This document shows positions 54,490-64,000 of a stretch of 64,000 nucleotides of DNA, in pieces. Origin of the DNA: Shigella phage Sf13. The DNA lies in the sequence record MF158040, one strand, 5' to 3'. The translations under genes were made by a program, and so were the position numbers. The notes beneath the pieces are model-generated. The model saw only the letters and a program-made list of their open reading frames with translations, was not told the origin of the DNA and ran no database searches. Every line of letters begins with the position of its first letter. Positions within the stretch are counted from its first letter, which is position 1.

Positions 54490-55665
54490 TTACGCAGTTC
54501 TCTTCCAAACATATACAACATAAGAAGGTTGCTCAATATTAAATGCTTGTCCAGCACCAAATGAACCAGTTGTACCTGAGTGAGTGTGCTCAGAAGATTG
54601 AACTGTCACAGTACCTGAGTGTCCATGTGAACCAATTGCAACACTGTGCCCATGTGCTCCGATATACACACTGTGAGAGTGGTTACCACCAACTGAAGAA
54701 TTAACGTTGAAGGTATGTGTGTGAACCCCATCAAAGTCTGTATATGACGCATTTCCAACACCTGCATCAGCCGTTGCCGTAATAGCATTCACACCACCCC
54801 TATCAGAACCCCTCAATGGAATCCTGTGGCTGTGACTACCAGCACTGCTTACAGAACCATTAACGTTATGAGCGTGGCTTCCAGAGTCGTTTGTGGCCTT
54901 AGAACCGTAATCAAAACTTGATGTGCTCTTAGTCCCATAGTCAAAGCTAGAAATTACTACTGTTGCATTATGGGAGTGTCCACCACCAGTTAACAATACA
55001 GAGTGTGTGTGACTTGGAATGTTATTTTGTGTAAGTGTTACAGTAGCAGAACCAAATACTGATTCTACAGGTCTTGTATCTGTGTCATAACCAACAAGAG
55101 ACCTTCCTTTAGAAACTAACTCCCAAGTACCACCACAAAGTAAATATGTAGATGGGTTTGCAGGGTTAACTGATAAATGAATAGTACCAATTGGATAGCT
55201 ATTCTGGATAGCTCTATATAAAGCATTCACAGCTTTTGCAGTAGCATACTTATCAGCATCTTCGGAGTAAGAGTTTGAATATGTCCAGTTTTGGATATTA
55301 GACAAACCTACTTGAATCTTGTTAGTGTTGTGAGGGTTATTCTTGTCATTAATGTGATTCTGAATAAGAGTATTAACTTCATCACTTGATAGAATATTAA
55401 GGTTCTGTCTAGCCTCTTCAACACTAACCACGTCTGACAAGTTATTAGCAGCCACTAATTGGAGTGCGTTAATAACATTACCGAGTTCTACGTGAACCTT
55501 TGTAACACCGTGTGGGTTATTTCTTAAAGATGCGTGTGGAGCAAGTAATTGCTCAAGTGTGCATCGTTTATCCTCAATACCTTGCTTCAGGTGAAAGATA
55601 TCACTTAAATCAATAGGCAACGAGGCTTGAGGCAATGCACTAATTTGAATTTCACCGACTGCCAT
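54490..55665 (-). CDS. tail fibre protein (His-rich)
   Basis: 391 aa; at least 8 HxH motifs in the C-terminal half and internal duplication SSFDYGTKSTSSFDYGSKAT. Confidence 0.6.
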   Translation of the reverse strand: MAVGEIQISALPQASLPIDLSDIFHLKQGIEDKRCTLEQLLAPHASLRNNPHGVTKVHVELGNVINALQLVAANNLSDVVSVEEARQNLNILSSDEVNTLIQNHINDKNNPHNTNKIQVGLSNIQNWTYSNSYSEDADKYATAKAVNALYRAIQNSYPIGTIHLSVNPANPSTYLLCGGTWELVSKGRSLVGYDTDTRPVESVFGSATVTLTQNNIPSHTHSVLLTGGGHSHNATVVISSFDYGTKSTSSFDYGSKATNDSGSHAHNVNGSVSSAGSHSHRIPLRGSDRGGVNAITATADAGVGNASYTDFDGVHTHTFNVNSSVGGNHSHSVYIGAHGHSVAIGSHGHSGTVTVQSSEHTHSGTTGSFGAGQAFNIEQPSYVVYVWKRTA

Positions 55666-55667
55666 TA

Positions 55668-55967
55668 TTAGCTCCCTTTATATTCATATGTGTAAAGGTT
55701 AGTCGTGCTGGTGTGTGCAGTTCCTGTCACTGTGTCAATTAATTCCCAACCGTTGGAAACTAAATCAGGTTGCTCCGTAGCAAATGAACGAACCTCTCCA
55801 ACCGTACCATTTACTTTGTTAAGCAAATAGTTGATAATATAGTTAAACCACTGACGACCCATAGGTTCACCCCTTAATAGGCCAGTTGCTTGGATTTCTG
55901 GAGGTGGTAAAACTTTAAGCTGGTTACCATCAGCATCAACTGTGTCTGTAGACCATGAAAGAGACAT
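55668..55967 (-). CDS. tail-associated protein
   Basis: 99 aa; AAGGAAG Shine-Dalgarno; coupled to flanking tail genes. Confidence 0.45.
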   Translation of the reverse strand: MSLSWSTDTVDADGNQLKVLPPPEIQATGLLRGEPMGRQWFNYIINYLLNKVNGTVGEVRSFATEQPDLVSNGWELIDTVTGTAHTSTTNLYTYEYKGS

Positions 55968-56824
55968 TATGAACTTCCTTCTTGTTGAGATTTATCTTTT
56001 CTGCCTTTGACGATTTGGGCGACTTCTGCCATAATCCCATAATCACCACCTGCTACTGTTTCTTTACCAGCAATGAAATAGTCGTTGCTATTGTTTGTTT
56101 TGCTGACTTTTAAATAATCTTTACTGGTACTTCCACCAGTTTTATCCACTCTTACATAACCATCTCTTACACCTGCATCTGCAAAACTACCTAATTTGTT
56201 TGCTTCTAGAGAGCCACCTGTGTTGTTCGTAATAAGACCCTTGTTAGTGTTTGTTACAAACCAGTTATTGTTCTCATCAGTGATTGCCAGAGATGAATCA
56301 GCAACCTCTACAGGAGTCCAAGCAGTACCATTTAAGGTAACATCTCTAAGGATAACTGCTGAACCAATAGTTGTTGCAGCAATCTTAGAAAGTGTGTATG
56401 CTGTATCTAACACGTTATTACGAGTGTTTACACGGATAACAATTCCACCAGTCATTGGTGTAATGTGCTCAAAAATCTGACTGAATGATGCGTTGTAAAG
56501 GGTCATAACAGCCCTTTGTAAGAAGCTTGGTGTGGTGTCAGAACGTCTTAAGAAAATTTGAATGTAGAGGATAGCTCTGTAAGTGTCATCATCAGCACCA
56601 ATAGGTCTAGGGACTTTAATCAAAGCCCCGATGTTATCAAGTTGTGTGCCAACACCTACACGAATATTCCTTTCAGTATATAACTGATTACTGATATCCT
56701 CTAATAATTGTAACTCATCTGTGATAGATTTCAATAGACTTGTGTAAATAAACTTATCTTTGAATTGAGTTACAGTTCTTTCGTCCAATGTTTTCTCATA
56801 AAAGTTTTCAATCTTTTTAAACAT
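55967..56824 (-). CDS. baseplate / tail fibre-associated protein
   Basis: ORF track begins with TTG (56863) inside the upstream gene; in-frame ATG at 56824 has AAGGAG 5 nt upstream. Confidence 0.45.
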   Translation of the reverse strand: MFKKIENFYEKTLDERTVTQFKDKFIYTSLLKSITDELQLLEDISNQLYTERNIRVGVGTQLDNIGALIKVPRPIGADDDTYRAILYIQIFLRRSDTTPSFLQRAVMTLYNASFSQIFEHITPMTGGIVIRVNTRNNVLDTAYTLSKIAATTIGSAVILRDVTLNGTAWTPVEVADSSLAITDENNNWFVTNTNKGLITNNTGGSLEANKLGSFADAGVRDGYVRVDKTGGSTSKDYLKVSKTNNSNDYFIAGKETVAGGDYGIMAEVAQIVKGRKDKSQQEGSS

Positions 56825-56826
56825 TG

Positions 56827-58296
56827 TTACTCCTTGGTAATTGTATACTGTGAGCTTTCCCAAACAGTGTACTGGTCACCATCAATAGTGATTCTTGAAG
56901 TTGTGTACTGCCCCTCAGCAGGTGGAATTGCTTGGTTATTTGAAAGTGCAACCTTAATCTCATTAATCTCGATACCTTGAATCACATCATAGATATGTCC
57001 ATAGATTCTGTTAGGGATTACATCGTTACCAACTTTCAAAGTTCTACCGTAGGCATTAATACCTTGAACAATTCTGTCATGAATATCCTGTTCAGGGATG
57101 TTAAGAGTTTCTTCATCGTAAAGAGAGTAAGTAACCTTGACAAAAACGTATTTAGGCATTGGTCTACTAAAGTAAACGTCGTGAGGGAGAGAACCTAAGT
57201 CATATGCAGTCCCAAAGATTGAACCATATGGGCGAATACCAGCAGGTTTCGTGTCCCAGATTGCCTGTGCAATATTATCATTCTGACCACCAACTACAAC
57301 AATCTTAAAAGACTTCGGAGGAAGACCATCAGAGTTTGTTGTCTCAGTATCATTTTCTACACCAGAAGCATCAGACACACCTTGAACTCTCTTGACAGCA
57401 GCTACAATAGCATCTAGAGTACCTACACCAGTAACAGCCAGAGATTCTAAGTAACGCTGTCTCAGTTCTGTGTCAGTTTCCTCATCACGACCTGTTGTCA
57501 AGTCATATCTGTTGAAAACACTATCAAGACCATCTACAGTTGTTTCAATCTCAATCAAGGTTCCTGCAAGAGTCTGGATAGCTCCAGTTTCATCTGCTAC
57601 AACGTCACTGATTGAAGTAATCTTTGTAAATGTTAAGAATGTCGTTGCAGTAACAACCATAGGGTTAGTTCTGGCAATGATATCTCCAGTGTCTTTATAG
57701 ATTCTCAGAACTGAACCATCATTAGTAACTTCAGCCTTTGCAATAATACCACCATTAATAGCATCTGCAAGTTTCTGTAGCAATGTTGTAATGGTATCAG
57801 AACTAGTCGGCTGATATGAATACTCAATGTTGTCAATGATAATAACATAGTTTGCATCTGTTCGTAAAGAGTTAACTTCTAAGTTTGCCTCTACACAGTA
57901 AGATGGAGTCAGCGTGAAAGTTGACACAGGGTAAAAGATGTTACCTGCTGTGCTTCTTAATCTTGTAGTGGCTGGTACAGGAGCACCAGAATTACCAGTG
58001 AACTCAGCTTGACCTCTTGTAGCCTGTGCCACATATCTGTATACAGCATTCAAAGCTGTTACATCATCTAAACTGAATCCTTCAGCTTTGTCAATAGTAC
58101 CACCATCATAAATTTCTGACAAGATTTCATGAACGTCTGCAAGACCTCGGCAAACAGAAGCTAAGAATAACCCAAGTTCGCTATCTTCAGAAACATCAAG
58201 GTTTGGTGAGATATCTCTATACAGACTTGCTTTAACATCATCCAAGATTTCTTGATATCTTTTTGTTTGTAAACCTGTAGTTGTTAATCCAGCCAT
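56827..58296 (-). CDS. baseplate J-like protein (putative)
   Basis: 489 aa; position and N-terminal pattern reminiscent of gpJ-type baseplate proteins. Confidence 0.45.
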   Translation of the reverse strand: MAGLTTTGLQTKRYQEILDDVKASLYRDISPNLDVSEDSELGLFLASVCRGLADVHEILSEIYDGGTIDKAEGFSLDDVTALNAVYRYVAQATRGQAEFTGNSGAPVPATTRLRSTAGNIFYPVSTFTLTPSYCVEANLEVNSLRTDANYVIIIDNIEYSYQPTSSDTITTLLQKLADAINGGIIAKAEVTNDGSVLRIYKDTGDIIARTNPMVVTATTFLTFTKITSISDVVADETGAIQTLAGTLIEIETTVDGLDSVFNRYDLTTGRDEETDTELRQRYLESLAVTGVGTLDAIVAAVKRVQGVSDASGVENDTETTNSDGLPPKSFKIVVVGGQNDNIAQAIWDTKPAGIRPYGSIFGTAYDLGSLPHDVYFSRPMPKYVFVKVTYSLYDEETLNIPEQDIHDRIVQGINAYGRTLKVGNDVIPNRIYGHIYDVIQGIEINEIKVALSNNQAIPPAEGQYTTSRITIDGDQYTVWESSQYTITKE

Positions 58297-58711
58297 TAAA
58301 TGTTTACCTCTGTATTAATTTCAACATCGTCAGCAGTTGTCGTTGCATTAAATCTTACTGACACTTTTCTCATTGCATTATCCATTGTTGAAGAGTAGTT
58401 GTAGATGTTTGTTACATCTCTCGTTTCAACAAGGTAACCTTTCATATAATTATCAAAAATAGAGGTCTTCTGCTTGAACTTAGCAAGCTGTAAATAAGGG
58501 AATCCAGCAGATGTATTAAAGAATACCTCTCCAGCCCTTAGAAGACACCTAATATGTAATCTTTGAGCTACCTGAGTAGCTTTATCGTCTTCTGGGATAA
58601 TTCTAATCTGATTACCCGTAATTTTTAAATCTCCGTGAGCAACGTATACAGAATCATTTCCTAATTTAGCTACGTAGTCACCACCAAGATTGATTGCAAA
58701 ATCTGTTTTCA

Positions 58712-58712
<1 letters not shown>
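58296..58712 (-). CDS. baseplate wedge protein (GpW/gp25-like, putative)
   Basis: 138 aa; [24 protein letters not shown] resembles the GpW/gp25 core motif; stop-start overlaps both sides. Confidence 0.4.
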
Positions 58713-61473
<2,761 letters not shown>

Positions 61474-61474
<1 letters not shown>

Positions 61475-63711
61475 TATTCATCCTCTGGGTAGCTAGAGTT
61501 TAACAGAATATCTTCCTGACTCTTATCAGTGATATCCACCATCTTAGTAGCAATCTGCTTACCATCCAGATTAAAGGAAACGTTAAGCGTCTGCTTAGTT
61601 TGCAATGGTAGTCCAGAAGGAGTCATCATCATAGGTGTCTGGTTAAACTTGTTTGCAAAGTTATTTAGAGACTCAGACAGGTTGTTCATGATAATATCCC
61701 AATTTGACAAACCATTATCAACTCTCTGAATATTTCCAGAAGTGTCTGTGGTATATTGTGCAAACTGAAGTTGTCCATTCTGGTCAAAGAACATTGGACG
61801 TTTTGGATTAGTGATTCCTGAGATAGCTTCATTGAAAGGATTAGGTGTGTTAACCTCGTTAAATCTCTTTCCAGCATTCTTGTCAACTGAACCAGATAAC
61901 ATTAATGCAGAACCACCTACACCAAGAGCCATTCTGGTTGCTGATACACCAGCCGTTGTAGCTGCTGTTTCTGCTGCTGTAGTTAATCCAAACTTCTGTG
62001 CAATCTTAGCTAAGATACCTTCTTCAAAGATACTCTTGACAAATGCTACAGTACCACCAAAGATTTTAGCGACTTTTGTAATAGCTGCAATTGAGATACC
62101 AATAGCGGTGAACGTAGCAACTAACTCAGCAGAATCCTTGATTAGTTTCTGTTGACTAGCATCTAATTCCTTGAAATAGCCCATTGAGGTATAGTACAAT
62201 GAAGAAATGCGGTACATGATATCTGTCACGAAGTCTAGAAGGTTACTAGCACCTTTTAAAAGGTAACCAATACCTGTACCAAGTGCTTCAGATGTACCAA
62301 GGGAACCTTGCAAGAACATTGCAACTGAGTTAGAGAGTTGTGAAATACCTTCGCTAGAGTTGTTAAACAAAGCTACAAGGGTGTTATCCCACATTGCCTT
62401 TGCTTGACCCATAGAGGTAGCTGTCTGCTTAGAAACTGCATTCATACCACCTGCTGCTTCAACAAGCTCTCTCATTTTTTCTGAGACTTTTGGTAGAACG
62501 TCTTTTGCAAGAAGCTGACCATCTTTCATCATCTTGTCAAGTTCTTGTGGAGTTTTACCAATAGCATCAGAGAATAACTGAACAGCACCTGCCAAACGGT
62601 CACCTAACTGACCACGAAGTTCTTCAGCCTGAATCTTACCTTTAGATGCCATCTGTTGGAAAGCAACCATGATACCTTTCAAGTCTTCATCAGATGCCCC
62701 TCTAATACGAGAGAACATTGCAGCATTTTTATAGAACTCTTGAGTACCCTGAAAACCTAGTGTTGGTTGAGCACCAGCAGCAAAGTTTGAGTACTGTTTC
62801 ATAGTGTCTGTATAGTTCTGACCAATCTGGTGAGCGAACGTTGCAGCGAACATTCTAGCTTGCTGTGTATCTCCACCAAAAATAGCTGTGGAAGCTAATT
62901 GTGCAGACTGTCTCTTTACACCTGCATCAATAGTCTTCTGAGCTAATTCCAACATAGCATACGCTGAAACAAAACCACCTACAAGCTGTCTTAGTGAAGA
63001 GTTTGCTCTGTCTTGTAACCAAGCTGACTCTCTGACTGCCTTAAGTCTAGCATTTTCTGCAATAACCCAACGTTTGGTAGTGTCAATGAGTTTCTTAACT
63101 TCCATTTCATACTCACCGACTTTACCACTACCTTTGTACTTATTATAGATTCCTTGTAAGCTTCCTCTGAAGGAAGTAGCCATTTGGTTACCTTGTCCAC
63201 CAATTGTTTCAAGACGACGAGTCAAACCAGAATAGAAGTTGTTATTAAACATTCTTTCCATTTGTCTTTGAGCAATATCAGGTCTAACTCTAGGTGAACC
63301 ACCACCCCCAACCGGAGGGATAGTGTTACCACGGCCTCTACCAACTCCACCACGAACATTGACTTTACCTTCAACATTCATAGCTTGTCTTAGAGCCTTA
63401 TTAATTTCTTTGGCTGTTTTCTTACCCTGTGTTTCTAATCTACGAAGTGATTTTACACCTTGTGAATCTAAATTCATAGCATTGTTTAGGGATTTATTGA
63501 TTCTGCCTGAAGCAGTCTGAGCGTTTTTTACAAGTCTGTTTAGAGCGTCTTGTGAACTTCTATTAGGCTTCACATCAAAGGCTTTATTGATATTGCGTTC
63601 GATACGTTGAGCAGACTGCATAGCCATTTTCTCAACTCTTTGCAAACCCTTAACAACCTTTTCACTGAATCCAAGTTCAACAATAAAACTATCAACTGTA
63701 TATTGTGCCAT
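61474..63711 (-). CDS. tail tape measure protein (putative)
   Basis: 745 aa, largely helical with Gly-rich stretches and a central hydrophobic segment; position at head of the baseplate block. Confidence 0.5.
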
Positions 63712-63938
63712 TAAATTTTACCTGCTTTTCTGAGTTCGTTGTAAGCCATTTCTTCTTTATATGACTTCTGGATTTCTAAATATTGACGTAGAGATAATAA
63801 ATCAACGAAGGTCATATCAAAAAGTTGGTTGAGTGTTTCTTTACACCCATCCATACCATAAATAGCAAGCACAAATTTCATCTCATCTGCTTCATCATAA
63901 GTTGCCTTTACAGCCCCGTCAGTCAGCGGGGTCTGCAT
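63711..63938 (-). CDS. hypothetical protein upstream of tape measure (possible tail assembly chaperone)
   Basis: 75 aa ORF, ATG start, stop overlaps tape measure start; window ends 62 nt further on. Confidence 0.4.
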   Translation of the reverse strand: MQTPLTDGAVKATYDEADEMKFVLAIYGMDGCKETLNQLFDMTFVDLLSLRQYLEIQKSYKEEMAYNELRKAGKI

Positions 63939-64000
63939 AGAATAACTTAAGCTTCCTGCTGAGAAGTTAGGCTTTTGAAAATGCTTGCCTCGAAAAAACT

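Overview
This window reads as part of a large virulent dsDNA phage genome (AT-rich, no integrase, no tRNA or CRISPR seen), most consistent with a Felix O1-like / rV5-like myovirus; calls rest on motifs I recognised by eye, not on database searches. Layout: (1) 11-3059, seven small + strand genes of unknown function ending in a terminator; (2) 3093-4602, a 1.5 kb ORF-free, G-poor region packed with short motif arrays; (3) 4666-11872, about 19 small minus-strand genes separated by a repeated regulatory cassette in two variants; (4) 12377-41553, a minus-strand block with a TARG1/DarG-like macrodomain protein, an overlapped spanin pair, lytic transglycosylase, rIIA/rIIB, an adjacent NAMPT-like + PRS-like pair, aerobic and anaerobic ribonucleotide reductases, homing endonucleases, flap endonuclease, SSB, primase-helicase and dNMP kinase; (5) 41812-51374, a + strand block with family A DNA polymerase, HNH-AP2 homing endonuclease, DNA ligase, DHFR and thymidylate synthase; (6) 51411-63938, a minus-strand tail module (tape measure, baseplate, two His-rich tail fibres). 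The strongest candidates for something new are the NAMPT-like/PRS-like pair (possible NAD+ reconstitution counter-defence), the macrodomain protein (possible ADP-ribosylation reversal), the cassette array and the ORF-free motif region. Several gene starts were moved off the ORF-track first codon where that codon is not ATG or sits inside a terminator.
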